Of a DNA stretch of 64,000 bases, positions 49,138 through 61,806 are shown piece by piece. Below the pieces are notes generated by a model, which was not told where the DNA came from, made no database searches, and worked only from the letters and a program-made list of their open reading frames with translations. Position 1 is the first letter of the stretch. Every line of letters starts with the position of its first letter. The stretch lies in NCBI GenBank assembly GCA_002633005.1, contig NMRA01000732.1:62001-126000 (forward strand), in the 5' to 3' direction. Both the position numbers and the translations under genes were made by a program. This stretch comes from Phoronis australis. Its lineage: Eukaryota; Animalia; Phoronida.

Positions 49138-52100
49138 GTAAGTTATCATTGGAAAAGCTTACATAAACACCTTACATAGCTGTTTTTGTCAGTGAGCAAT
49201 ATCTGGAACAAAACCCAGATTTGACGATTCCATGGCTGCACTGAAATCTCACCAGTTTATGACACGACAAAGCCGATATATGAAATTTTAATCATTGATT
49301 TCTGTAAAAAATATGTAACTCCAAATTACTGCTTGTTCCAGTTCTGCTACCACCAGAGAATATTTTGAAAACTGTGGACATGAACAACGATAGAAGCCCT
49401 TAAAAAGTGAAAAAGGGTAATTTTGGAAATTACGTTGTCGTATATTCGTGAGATTTTACCATAGTGTCTATCTCTGATATTTGCAAACGTGTGATATTTT
49501 GTTTTCTTTGTAATTGCTGAAATATGCAATACGTTCCCGAGTGTTTTGAAATAGAGATTGAGTGTTGACAAATAAATTGACCTGATCAGTTTTCTTGTTG
49601 TAGCCGAAGTAAATGAATGTCATTTCTTTAAAATAATCACTTTTCACACTAACTATTGCATCGTGATCAATGTAATCAGTGGTTTGTATTAAACAATTTT
49701 AAAAGTGTCACCTGTGTCGTTGGTATGAAAAGATATTAATACGTTCTACTGGAATATATTGCTGTGGATATTCCCTGTTTCTGTGTCAGTTTAGTGTGTA
49801 ATTATCTGTTGTGATACAGCACTGTCAGGAGTCTATAGACCTTGTTTGAAGCTGAAAAGATAAATATACAGAGCTCTTGCACAAATTTCCACCATTTGTT
49901 TCAAACGGGCTACGCAATTGCACTCTTTAACACATTGACCTTGTTTAAATGTCTTACTTTGTGTGTTTAATATTCTCAAGTTTTGGTGACGACTGTGTTC
50001 TACCTCCGATAATCCTGAATATTGTGAATTCAAAATACATAATAGAGTCCTTGACATTATATAACTTTTCAAACCTGAACTCTGTTTGATTGTGGCCTTT
50101 TACAGATAATTTGTGTGTAATGCCTTGCCAGAACTGTCAAGCCGAGTTTCATATCTTCAGACTGAAGGTCAGTCTAACCAGCTTATTAATGCATTGGTTT
50201 CTTTCCGCTTTCCTTTGTTTAACTCTAAACTTCTAGCATTTGGGAGTTCTCTATTTTTAAAGACTTTATATTGAAATTCATGAAATTTCTGTTCGCAATA
50301 CATTTTTTTTTTGTCTGGAACCCAAACAAAGTAGGTGCGTACAACATTCCCACGGGTTCAGTTCTGTACTGGATGAACATTGTTCATAATCGATCTAATT
50401 TTGGATGGTCGGAATGCCCTAACAAATCGTTGCAGTTTGCATGTTTTTGTAATTTTTGAAGACCTGCATATATTTGGACCAGGTGGAGGGGCTATCTGTG
50501 ATGGTGTTTAGTTGTTTAAAACAGTAGTCAACCTTTGTAAATAATTTTTTAATTGGATGACTGAAAATATTGATTCATGCCTTAAAACGTCATTCAATCA
50601 TTTATAATCACATGGCTGCCATTAAAACTGTCATTTTTTGCTCTCACTGAACATGAATTTCTGAAAACTCTAAACTGCTGGTGACTTCGTATTTGAACCA
50701 TGTTTTCTTGCCGTCTATTCGTAGGGAACCATGTCTCAGATTTTTGATTTACCTTCAAACAACACAGGTATCAGCCAGCAAAAAAACAGCAATGTCCCAA
50801 GTTTCATTTTTGACAGCCGATATCTCCATTATGCGACGGAAATAAAAAAATCTGAGACACGGTTCCCCCGGCCATGCATCAATAGAATAAGTTTGTAATA
50901 TTACATTCGAATCAACCTTCACACTTTACGGAGAACTCCTATGTGTTCAAAATTCCTTAAGTGTCGAAAATCAAAAAGCCTGAAAATGGCCTATGAAGAT
51001 ATGTTACTGCAATCTATTGAAGTGGTCCAAACAACTGACAATTTTTGTGCATTAATAATGTGTTCAGATACAAGTAGCATTTTAATGCTAATTTTATTTA
51101 AAAAATAAAGACAATTTTTTGCGCCTACATCTTTATAATTATGTGGGTACATATTGCCGTTATTTTCGTCTGGCTGTCTGGCAGTCGCTACTATATGTTG
51201 TAAACCCCTTACAAGATCCTAATGAGATTTGGCAGATGTGTTCCTATGAAACTGACGACAGATGATGACGAGTTTCAGATCAATCGGTCTACTGCTATGC
51301 TTTGCCCCCTGGTGTCAGTTTCTTTAAAGTTTGCCTCTTTATCTTTGGATTTCCTTTATGAATGTGCATGAAATTTGGCAAATTTATAGTTTCTATTTAT
51401 AAAAAGACGATGCCTTCCTATTTGAGGCCGGATTCTGTGCCTCTTATGTCCTCAACCCTTTTCAGGATCTTTGTGACAAATTGCACCACTTTCTACTCAG
51501 TCTGATTGTGACATGAGTTTAGACAGAGCTTTGAAGGACTGAACAGTCCTGATATGACACTGCTTGTACAAAAAAAATTTCTCACGGTGTAGTGTGCATG
51601 GTGCAGTCACTATGTAAACACATCTAATGCAGTATGCTGGCTAATCTTGCACTCATTTCATTTTACAATTTTAAATTTAAGAGGCTATTTGAAGAGAAAT
51701 ATAATTTAAAATGCTTTTGTTACAGTTCAATAGAAATATGGCATTGGAAGTATTCTGGTGAAGCTTTGCAGCTGACTTGATTTACCCTCAAACCAGTCAG
51801 TTTATTAGTCTATCGCAGGGTGATACCCGATATTATGATGTCAAAGTAGTTATCCAGCATGTGTAACTTTTTGCAGCTTACTAGTACACAAGTTCATGGA
51901 TTTCTAAGACTTGTTTGACTGCAGTTGCACGAACATTAACTTGTTTCTTGTAAACCTTTTTGTCTTAATTTGTTTTCCTGGTCAGAAACAGTTTTGTGGT
52001 TATGAACGTAATAACGTTCTAAAATTCTATGTTTGACCCATTTGTACTAACTTCTACTTTGAAACAATCAGTAGGAGGCTGGTACAAGAATACCATACAA

Positions 52101-55100
52101 GCTAATTATATGATTTTGACTTCTGTTTGATGACTTTTGAAGTTTTTGCATTTTATAAAAAAGTCAACCTTCAATTATTCTACACCTGTCTGTTTTACCG
52201 CCTAGAGCGCAACTCAAAAATCAGGTGGTGGGCGTTAATCCAAACAGTAGTGCTTAAAAATGAAATTTCTAAGTAGTCAGGGGTGAGTCCATAGAGTCGA
52301 TCAGTTTAAGAACTTTTTATTGTCTGCCATAGTAAAGAGGAGAAGAGTACGGGTATTTTCTTTGTCAAAAAGAGGCGAGGTTCTGCTGGAGTTCACTCAT
52401 CGTTACTCAAATGTAATCTAGTTGCGTACTTGCCATGGGCTAAAATTCTGGTGAGGTGGAAGTTCTCATAGACACGGGTACTGTTAAGGAAATCTCAGTT
52501 GCATAAATTGGGGCCGCGGCTGGGCAGTAAGCTGAACATAGGGGTTTAATGGTGAAAATTCCGGGGTAAGGCGTGGAAAGCAGAGCTCGGGTGTTAACCT
52601 GACATGTACAGTGATTGTTGATTTGGGTGGACGTTGAATTTCATATCAGTTGGCAGATTTTTTGTTTTTGGATAATTACTATCATTCGAACATACGTAGC
52701 TATTCTAGTGAGAATAAAAGAATTAGAGGCCTATGTTGAATTACTTGTTTACAGAAGTCGTGTGCAGATTGTCAACTGTTGCACTGCTCAGCCTGTCTGG
52801 AGAAGGTGACGGGCCGTGACAACAGTCGACGTCGTTGCCTCAACTGTCGAATCCTGGCCTCAGGCAAGTTCCAGAAGAAAGACCTGATGGACATGCACGT
52901 ACGATACCTGCGCCATTTCCTCTCTCGGAAGAACGTGAACACAGCCACGTGTCTCGAGAAACATGATCTGGTGGAGAAGGTGTTGAACTTGTTGAGCGAA
53001 AACTACCGGCGGGAACAAGAGGAACATGATGTCATGGTTGAAGAGCTTGCGGTAATTCAAATGGAATACTTGGCTTGACCGATAGTAAAATCTCACCAAT
53101 TTCGGACAAAAATAATTGCCAAAAAATTGCTTTTTTTCTTTTTCAAAGGCTTTTATCATTGTTGGGAATGACACCAATAACAACTCAGGACCTTGTGTGA
53201 TGGCAAGCTGTTGAATAAAACTAGTGAAACATTGCCTTGGTGCTTCCTGTCTGTTTTGCAAAAACGTGAAGATAAAATTTCCCCTATCAGCCATATTGTT
53301 TCCTAAAGTGGTGAGTATTTTACCATTTTCATATTTAATACATATTAAGATGAGCACATTCATCCAGGTGTGGACTGACCATGTCTGTATTGCCAAAGTG
53401 GGCATCTGTATCCTCCTAGTGGGCACCTCCTGTGGCCTCCCAGTGGGCACCTCCTGTAGCCTCCCAGTGGGCACCTGTGACCTCCCAGTGGGCACCTCCT
53501 GTGGCCTCCCAGTTGGCACCTCCTGTGGCCTCCTAGTGGGCACCTCCTGTGGCCTCCCAGTGGGCACCTCCTGTGGCCTCCCAGTGGTCACCTCCTGTGG
53601 CCTCCCAGTGGGCACCTCCTGTGGCCTCCCAGTGACTCATACACTGTGTTGCCATAATGTTAGTGAAATTTATTTGAGGAATAAAAGAACTTCACTATAT
53701 TAATTTTGTCTTTGGGACCTCAACGCCAGTCGTTGGTGCAGGTTATTGTCACATTTTTGGTCTGACCAACTACATATTGATCACGAATAAAAGTCAATAA
53801 TTTTACATAATGCTTATTCATAGGTAGTTTTTTGCCGATTTCAGAGACAATTCCAGGCTTCAGAGGCTGTTAATAACACAGCCACAGTGCAAAGCAGTGA
53901 CACTGTGCCCGACACAGATCAAAATGCCTCAGAAGATAGTGAAGTGATGGGAAGTGACAACACCATTGTTAACAGTGTAGAGGTAACTGCTACTGAGAAC
54001 AATAACAGTGCCACGTCTGGAGATGGACAAGAAACCCCTGGCAGCAATGGTGGTGAAGATGGTGGCGATGATGGTGGCAATGATGGTGATGATGGCAGTA
54101 GCAGTACTAATAGTGACTGTGAAGACCCTGCCGTGGTGTCTAGGCGAGACAAGCGTAATGTAAGTTTATGATAAGTTATACAGTAAAACTCCTCTAATTT
54201 AGATCTATTAACTGAAGGGAGAGTTTTTAACTAAGTAAGGCAAAATCTGAATAATCTTAAGGGCCAAACTAGAACAACCCTATTGCGGAATGTTGTCCAT
54301 GTTAAGTAAAAATCCAACAGGTATTTCTGAAAAAAATAGTTTAATCTCATCTTAGCAAACTGAAACTTTATCTGTAATGCTCAAGTTATTTTTAAACTGT
54401 GATATTCTAATAATTACATGACTAAATCTTTATTCAGCAACTGTCAGGAGGGAGTTTGGTGTCAGTTTTCATGAAACGAGCCCCAAATATTTTGTCAAAT
54501 ATCTGTCCTTGTCATGAATTCTATGAGTTATTGACAACAGAAATTATTTTATTTAAGGTCTGAAAGTACCGAAGTGTCATTTTACACAAGTCTAGCAGGC
54601 TAGATTATGAATTGTTGTTTGCAATAAAGTTTAAGTTTCAGAAATTTTATTCTTTTCCATAACTTGACTGAATTTTGGAGCAGTGGCACGTTTGATTGAT
54701 TATTGATTACTAACTTGGCAAGATTTTGTTGACGCAGGTTGTTCTATGAAGCATCAGTACATGTACCCTTTTGATAAACAGATTCAGTTCTTGATGCCTG
54801 TTAAATCTTAACTGTGATTGGGAGAATAAAATGCAAGGTCAGTACCCGCCCTAGAATAGGATCTGTGCCCAGTGGCGCTATTATGTCCTGGGTAATATTC
54901 CCTTCAACCTGTAATAACCAAACTTTACTTGAGTCTGGACTCAATAATTGACCCACTGCTTGTCATGCTTCGACTAAACTTACACGTTTAACTCCGTGTG
55001 ATTGTTAACTTTTGATTAAAGTTTTGTATTCACAGGCCCTGTTCTTTCTTTTGTGTTAGTGGGTTGATTAGATACAAGGGGTGGGTGTTCATGCTGAAGA

Positions 55101-55646
55101 GTCATAGTTGACCATTCTTATGATGGGTTTACTCTGATGCTTCATTTAGTACAAATGGTCTTTTCATTAGACATCATCAGGATCATATTTACAACAATTT
55201 AGGACAACAAGTGCCAACATATACCTCACTTCACTTTATGGATGTTACCTGAGCTGTATGTTGGCACTTGTTGTCCTTAATTGTTGTAGATATGGTCCTG
55301 ATGATGTCTAATGAAAAGACAAAACTTCGAATGGAACATGAACTTTATTATTTGTGCGGTGATCGTCCGGTTTTTAATCTTACTGTGGCCTAAAACTGAT
55401 TTTAATTCATTTAGTAGTTTCTTATCGTATGTTAGGGAGATCCTCTATCGATTCGTGGAAACAGAGCCTCTCTGTCGGATTTAGAAACTGAGGAGGACTT
55501 AGCGCGACTGTCGGTCAGACAGCTGAAGGAGATACTGGCACGTAACTTTGTGGATTTCAAGGGTTGTGTGGAGAGACATGAGCTGGAGGACAGGGTAAAG
55601 AGACTGTGGCTCTCGGACTTGGAGAACAAGAGAAATCTGAAGGAAG
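49066..55646 (+). CDS. RNF34: E3 ubiquitin ligase RNF34/RFFL (CARP) homolog, 5' part; join(49066-49137, 52755-53051, 53845-54159, 55436-55646); RING exon not seen in window
   Basis: FYVE-like C-x2-C array (CEFC...CADC..HCSAC...CLNC). SAP-like repeat 1 is LRHFLSRKNVNTATCLEKHDLVEKVL, followed by an acidic linker. Repeat 2 is RASLSDL...LSVRQLKEILARNFVDFKGCVERHELEDRVKRLW. All splice sites are GT-AG and in frame. Confidence 0.93.
51115..51450 (-). mobile_element. HINE family 1 3' fragment
   Basis: The reverse strand ends CCCACAT..ATGTAGGCGCAAAAAA and contains a GCCCCCTGGTG subunit. Confidence 0.55.
52755..53051 (+). CDS. RNF34: RNF34 coding exon 2 (FYVE-like remainder plus first SAP-like repeat)
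   Basis: 297 nt, TTACAG acceptor, GTAATT donor. Confidence 0.93.
53412..53635. repeat. 24-bp minisatellite, ~9 units, intronic
   Basis: Unit CCTCCCAGTGGGCACCTCCTGTGG. Confidence 0.95.
53845..54159 (+). CDS. RNF34: RNF34 coding exon 3 (S/D/N/G-rich disordered linker)
   Basis: 315 nt open and in phase; TTTCAG acceptor, GTAAGT donor. It sits between the two SAP-like repeats, as in CARP proteins. Confidence 0.8.
55158..55340. mobile_element. Penelope-like pLTR remnant: 64-bp inverted repeat containing a degenerate minimal hammerhead core
   Basis: Arms are 55158-55221 and 55257-55320. The core reads ATGGTC-CTGATGA-T-GTCT(AATGAAA)AGAC-AAAAC-TTCGAA-TG-GAACAT. Confidence 0.6.
55436..55646 (+). CDS. 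RNF34: RNF34 coding exon 4 (second SAP-like repeat)
   Basis: GDPLSIRGNRASLSDLETEEDLARLSVRQLKEILARNFVDFKGCVERHELEDRVKRLWLSDLENKRNLKE; GTTAG acceptor, G|GTAGG donor. Confidence 0.93.
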
Positions 55647-56097
55647 GTAGGAAGGATAGTGCAGTGTGCGCATGGTCATGCCAATAGACTTGTACAAGTA
55701 GTTAGGCTACAGGTTATACTTTTAAATTGCTTTTTGCTGAAAACCACACTCCTATTGTCCCGACTGTCTTGTTTCCTCAAGCTCACCAAAAATTTTTTGA
55801 TTTAGGACACTTGCTGTAATAAATTTGATCTTAACTTGTCCATTGCTCAGATTAGAGACAGTTTCTGTGCTTGAGAACAACTGACAGTTGGTTTCTGCTT
55901 GAGATCAAACTCCATAAGTTGGCTTGTCATTCTCTGAGCTTGATTGCTAGCACCACTGATTTGTCAGTTTATTCCTATATCTGGAATCGTCCCTGACAAA
56001 AAAAGAAACAAGTTGAAACAGATTTCATCATAGATATGGAACTGCAGGTGCAAACGTCTACATTTTGTAACATGTATTTGTTTGACTAAAATAATAA

Positions 56098-59000
56098 AAT
56101 GAAAGCGCTCCGAGGAGCGACACTTGGCGAAATTAACCAAAAAGATGACGATAAAGATGATGACGAAGATGATGAATATGACGACGATGGTGGCGAGGAT
56201 GAACAATAGAAGTAAATAAATAATAACATACACATGACGAACACAGAAGTCCGAAATCAGTAATAGGCTACAGTCTTGAGCGACACTTGGCGAAATTAAC
56301 TGAAAAGACAACTACGGAGATGATGACGAAGATGACGAATATGATGATGGGGGGGGCGATGATGAACAAACATCATGGCATTCATATGACGAACTTAGAT
56401 GTCATAAATCAATAAGAAATAGGCTACAGTCTAGTTCAATAGAAGATAAACCAACATCAATGCAGCAAGAGCGCTCAACAAAGGAACAGCGTTATCAGAA
56501 AATCTCAAATAACTCAAAAAGTAGACGTCCTAGCGAAAAATGGAAAACATCTTCTGAAAGCCCAGTCAAAATTCTATCTAAACTGATGGTATCGCCTAAT
56601 TCCGTAAATTTTCCGAAAAAGATTAAATTTTGCGTTTTTCTTAAGAAATTCAAAGTCAAATAACTCGAAAACGGTAAGTCTGAGAAAAAAATTGTTATAG
56701 GCCATTTGAAAGATTATACTTCAAAGAATCTACATGCAAAAAATCACGTCTTTTTCTCTTCCCGTTTAAAATCGCACTCCAGACTACTGAAAATGGGTCA
56801 ACATGCGCCAGATCCGCCATCTTGAAAGCAACTTCCGGTTTTTTGGCTTTGTATAATAGCATGTTATAAGAAACTAATACCTGTAAAAATTCGAAGGAAT
56901 TGGTCTTATAATACGCCCTCTAGAGGAGAAAACGTTTTTAGGCCAAAATCGAGGTGCGCATGCGCGATCGCCGATATTTCTGCCATCTTTAACCGGAAAT
57001 AAACAATTTCCTGTATACTTGTAGCAAACTTCCGGTCCATTTACTGTGCCGATTCTTAGCCTTTTACGTAAAAAATTGTAGCCTCCAGAAGCATTTGAAC
57101 CTTTAAATGGAAACAAAATGGCCGCCACAGCCGCCATCTTGGATCCGATTTTGACGAAAAACAATAGGCTTCCAGTACTTCCGGTAGTACGTGTTATGTG
57201 TAAATTTCGTGATGATCGGACGAAAATTGCGACCTGTATTGTGCGAACAAACAAAAAAAATGAAATCGCTCCGAGGAGCGAACCTTGGCGAAATTAACCA
57301 AAAAGATGACCACAAAGATGATGACGAAGATGACGAATATGACGACGATGGTGGCGAGGATGAACAAAAGAACACATGACGAACGTAGAAGTCCGAAATC
57401 AGTAAGAAAAAGGCTACAGTCTTGAGCGACACTTGGCGAAATTAACGGACAAGAGAACGATGGAGATGATGACGAAGATGATGACGATGATGACGAATAT
57501 GATGATGGTGGTGGCGATGATGAACAACATGTCAACATTCATATGATGAGCTTAGATGTCATAAATCAATAAGAAATGGGCTACAGTCTAGTTCATAGAA
57601 GGAAAACCAACCTGAATGCAGCAAGAGCGCTCAACAAAGGAGCAGCGTTATCACAAAATCTCAAATAACTCGAAAAGTAGACGTTGTAGAGAAAAATGAA
57701 AAGAATCTTCTGAAAGCCCGTTCAAAATTCTATCTTAACTGATGGTATCGCTTAATTCCGTAAATTTTTCGAAAAAAATGAAATTTTGCGTTTTTTTAAG
57801 AAATTCAAAGTCAACTAACTCGAAAACGGTAAATCTGAGAAAAAAATTGTTTTCAGGCCATTTGAAAGAATATACTTCAAAGAATCTACATGCAAAAAAT
57901 CACATCTTTTTCTTCTCCCGTTAAAAATTGCACTCCAGACGACTGAAAATGGGTCAACATGCGCCAGATCCGCTATCTTGAAAGCAACTTCCGGTTTTTT
58001 GGCTTTGAATAATAGCATGCTAGGAGATACTAATACCTGTAAAAATTCAAAGGAATTGGTCTTATAATGCGCCCTCTAGAGGAGAAAACGTTTTTAGGCC
58101 AAAATCGAGGTGCGCATGCGCGATCGCCGATATTTCCGCAATCTTTAACCGGAAGTAAACAATTTCAGGTATACTTGTAGCAATATTCCGGTCCATTTAC
58201 TGTGCCGATTCTTAGCCTTTTTCGTAAAAAATTGTAGCCTCCAGAAGCATTTGAACCTTTAAATGGAAACAAAATGGCCACCACAGCCGCCATCTTGGAT
58301 TCGATTTTGACGAAAAACAATAGGCTTCCAGTACTTTTGGAAGTACGTGTTATGTGTAAATTTCGTGATGATCGGACGAAAATTGCGACCTGTATCGTGC
58401 GAACAAACAAAAAAAAATGAAAGCGCTCCGAGGAGTGAACCTTGGCGAAATTAACCAAAAAGATGACGATAAAGATGATGACGAAGATGACGAATATGAC
58501 GACGTTGGTGGCGAGGATGAACAAAAGAAGTAATAATAACATACACATGACGAACGTAGAAGTCCGAAATCAGTAAGAAAAAGGCTAGTCTTGAGCGACA
58601 CTTGGCGAAATTAACGGAAAAGACAAAGACGGAGATGATGACGGAGATGATGACGATGATGACGAATATGATGATGGTGGTGGCCATGATGAAGAACATC
58701 ATAACATTCATATGACGAATTTAGATGTCATTAATTATTAAGAAATAGGCTGCAGTCTAGTTCAATACAAGCTAAACCAACCTGAATGCAGCAAGAGCGC
58801 TCAACAAAGGAGCAGCGTTATCACAAAATCTCAAGTAACTCAAAAAGTAGACGTCGTAGAGAAAAATGGAAAGCATCTTCTGAAAGCCCGTTCCAAGCTA
58901 TATCTAAACAAATGGTATTGCTTAATTCCGTAAATTTTTCGAAAAAAATGAAATTTTGAATTCTTTTTAAGAAATTCAAAGTCAAATAACTCGAAAACGG

Positions 59001-61806
59001 TAAGTCTGAGAAAAAAATTGTTACAGGCCATTTGAAAGAATATACTTCAAAGAATCCACATGCAAAAAATCACGTCTTTTTCGCTTCCCGTTTAAAATCG
59101 CACTCCAGCACGACTGAAAATGGGTCAACATGCGCCATATCCGCCATCTTGAAAGCAACTTCCGGTTTTTGGGTTTTGTATAATAGCATGTCATAAGAAA
59201 CTAATACCTGTAAAAATTCGAAGGAATTGGTCTGATAATGCGCCCTCTATAGGAGAAAACGTTTTTAGGCCAAAATCGAGGTGCGCATGCGCGATCGCCG
59301 ATATTTCCGCCATTTTTTAACCGGAAGTAAACAATTTCCGGCATACTTATAGCAAACTTCCGGTCCATTTACTGTGCAGATTCTGAGCTTTTTACGTAAA
59401 AAATTGTAGCCTCCAGAAGCATTTGAACCTTTAAATGGAAACAAAATGGCCGCCACAGCCGCCATCTTGGATCCGATTTTGACGAAAAACAATAGGCTTC
59501 CAGTACTTCCGGAAGTACGTGTTATGTGTAAATTTNNNNNNNNNNNNNNNNNNNNNNNNNNNNNNNNNNNNNNNNNNNNNNNNNNNNNNNNNNNNNNNNN
59601 NNNNNNNNNNNNNNNNNNNNNNNNNNNNNNNNNNNNNNNNNNNNNNNNNNNNNNNNNNNNNNNNNNNNNNNNNNNNNNNNNNNNNNNNNNNNNNNNNNNN
59701 NNNNNNNNNNNNNNNNNNNNNNNNNNNNNNNNNNNNNNNNNNNNNNNNNNNNNNNNNNNNNNNNNNNNNNNNNNNNNNNNNNNNNNNNNNNNNNNNNNNN
59801 NNNNNNNNNNNNNNNNNNNNNNNNNNNNNNNNNNNNNNNNNNNNNNNNNNNNNNNNNNNNNNNNNNNNNNNNNNNNNNNNNNNNNNNNNNNNNNNNNNNN
59901 NNNNNNNNNNNNNNNNNNNNNNNNNNNNNNNNNNNNNNNNNNNNNNNNNNNNNNNNNNNNNNNNNNNNNNNNNNNNNNNNNNNNNNNNNNNNNNNNNNNN
60001 NNNNNNNNNNNNNNNNNNNNNNNNNNNNNNNNNNNNNNNNNNNNNNNNNNNNNNNNNNNNNNNNNNNNNNNNNNNNNNNNNNNNNNNNNNNNNNNNNNNN
60101 NNNNNNNNNNNNNNNNNNNNNNNNNNNNNNNNNNNNNNNNNNNNNNNNNNNNNNNNNNNNNNNNNNNNNNNNNNNNNNNNNNNNNNNNNNNNNNNNNNNN
60201 NNNNNNNNNNNNNNNNNNNNNNNNNNNNNNNNNNNNNNNNNNNNNNNNNNNNNNNNNNNNNNNNNNNNNNNNNNNNNNNNNNNNNNNNNNNNNNNNNNNN
60301 NNNNNNNNNNNNNNNNNNNNNNNNNNNNNNNNNNNNNNNNNNNNNNNNNNNNNNNNNNNNNNNNNNNNNNNNNNNNNNNNNNNNNNNNNNNNNNNNNNNN
60401 NNNNNNNNNNNNNNNNNNNNNNNNNNNNNNNNNNNNNNNNNNNNNNNNNNNNNNNNNNNNNNNNNNNNNNNNNNNNNNNNNNNNNNNNNNNNNNNNNNNN
60501 NNNNNNNNNNNNNNNNNNNNNNNNNNNNNNNCCAAGTAAAAACGAGAGCGCTCGGAGGAGCGACACTTGGCGTAATTAATCGAAAAGACGACGATGAGGG
60601 AGACGACGACAATCATGACGATCAAGACGGCAATTATGAATAACACGATAACATTCATGTGACTAGCGAAGAAATCAAATAGAGAGCATACAATCAACTA
60701 CAATAAAGAACAATAGATGGCGCAACATGGCGGACGAGCCATGTCTTTTCCCACATTCTAAAATAGGTGGCGCTATGTGACAGTATGCAAAGCAAAGTTA
60801 TGTTTACAATAAGTATTTGGCCTGAAATTGTACAGTCTACAGAGCGCTATTCAGCCACAGTAGGACAGTGCTGGCTGGGTCAGTCTGGGTCAACTAGGCA
60901 TAACCAAAACAAAGTGAACTGAAAGCCAGCCAGCTGCATGCTTGCATAGAGGACCGAAGGAACAACGGTATCCGACAATCTCGAATAATTCAAAAAGTAG
61001 ATGTCGTAGCGCAAAATGGAAAATATCTCCTGAAAGCCCGTTCAAAACTCTATCTAAAGTGGTAGTTTGGCAAAAATCCAAAAATGTTTCGAGAAAATTG
61101 AAAATTTGCCGTTTTTTTTGAAATTCAAAGTCAAATAACTCGAAAACGGTAAGTCTGAGAAAGACGCTCTCGCAGACTTTTTGAAAGGCCATACTTCAAG
61201 GAATCCACATGCAGAAATTCATGTCATTTGCTCTTCCCATAAAAAATGCGACACCAGAGCGATTGAAACCGTGTGAACATGCCCCACAGCCGCCATCTTG
61301 AAAGTGATATCCGGTTCAATAATTTTTTATAAAAGCTTATTAAACTCAACAAACACGTGACCAGTTTGAAAGTAATTGGTTTGCAAATACGCCCTCTACA
61401 GGAGAAAACATTTTTGGCCATATTTCGGGGTGCGCATGCGCCACGTCCAATATTTCCACCATCTTTAACCGGAAGTCAACGATTTTCTGCACAACTGTAG
61501 CACATGCGTTCTAGTATATTCGTACCAATTTTCAGCTATGTATGTCGAAAAATGCGGCCTCTACGAGTATTTGACTGTGAAATCGGATACAAAATGGCCG
61601 CCACGTCCGCCATTTTGTATCCGATCATGACCAAAAACAATGGCTTTCTAGCAGTTCCCGATCTACACGTTGTGTGCAAATTTCGTGAAAATCGGACGAA
61701 AATTGCGACCTGTAGAGAGCGAACAAAAAAAAAAAAACTTGCTGTCAGACCAACATACTTAGTGACAGAGCAACATACTTGGCGAAATTTATTTCGCCAA
61801 GTAACA
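56098..61806 (+). mobile_element. Head-to-tail tandem array (~1.16-kb units) of a second Helentron/HINE-like family, in an RNF34 intron
   Basis: Units start at ~56098, ~57259, ~58416 and, diverged, ~60540. Each begins with the CGCTCCGAGGAGCG palindrome plus (A/C)CTTGGCGAAATT. Only the last unit ends in the hairpin ACTTGGCGAAAT-TT-ATTTCGCCAAGT (61777-61802). Confidence 0.85.
59536..60531. other. Assembly gap (N run) inside the tandem array
   Basis: Run of n. Confidence 0.99.

Noticed and set aside
52860-53703. 251-aa PTGRPQEV-repeat ORF and the antisense GTSCGLPV ORF
   Set aside because: These come from a 24-bp intronic minisatellite overlapping the antisense of an RNF34 exon; there is no independent gene evidence.
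55964-58711. Hydrophobic (IIFVIF), poly-Ser and poly-Asp ORFs
   Set aside because: They are reading frames of the (GAT/GAC)n tracts in the tandem element, and the frames are not conserved between units.
59265-60697. Long ORFs (374-433 aa) in the ORF track; also 12265-12768
   Set aside because: They are open only because they run through N gaps.
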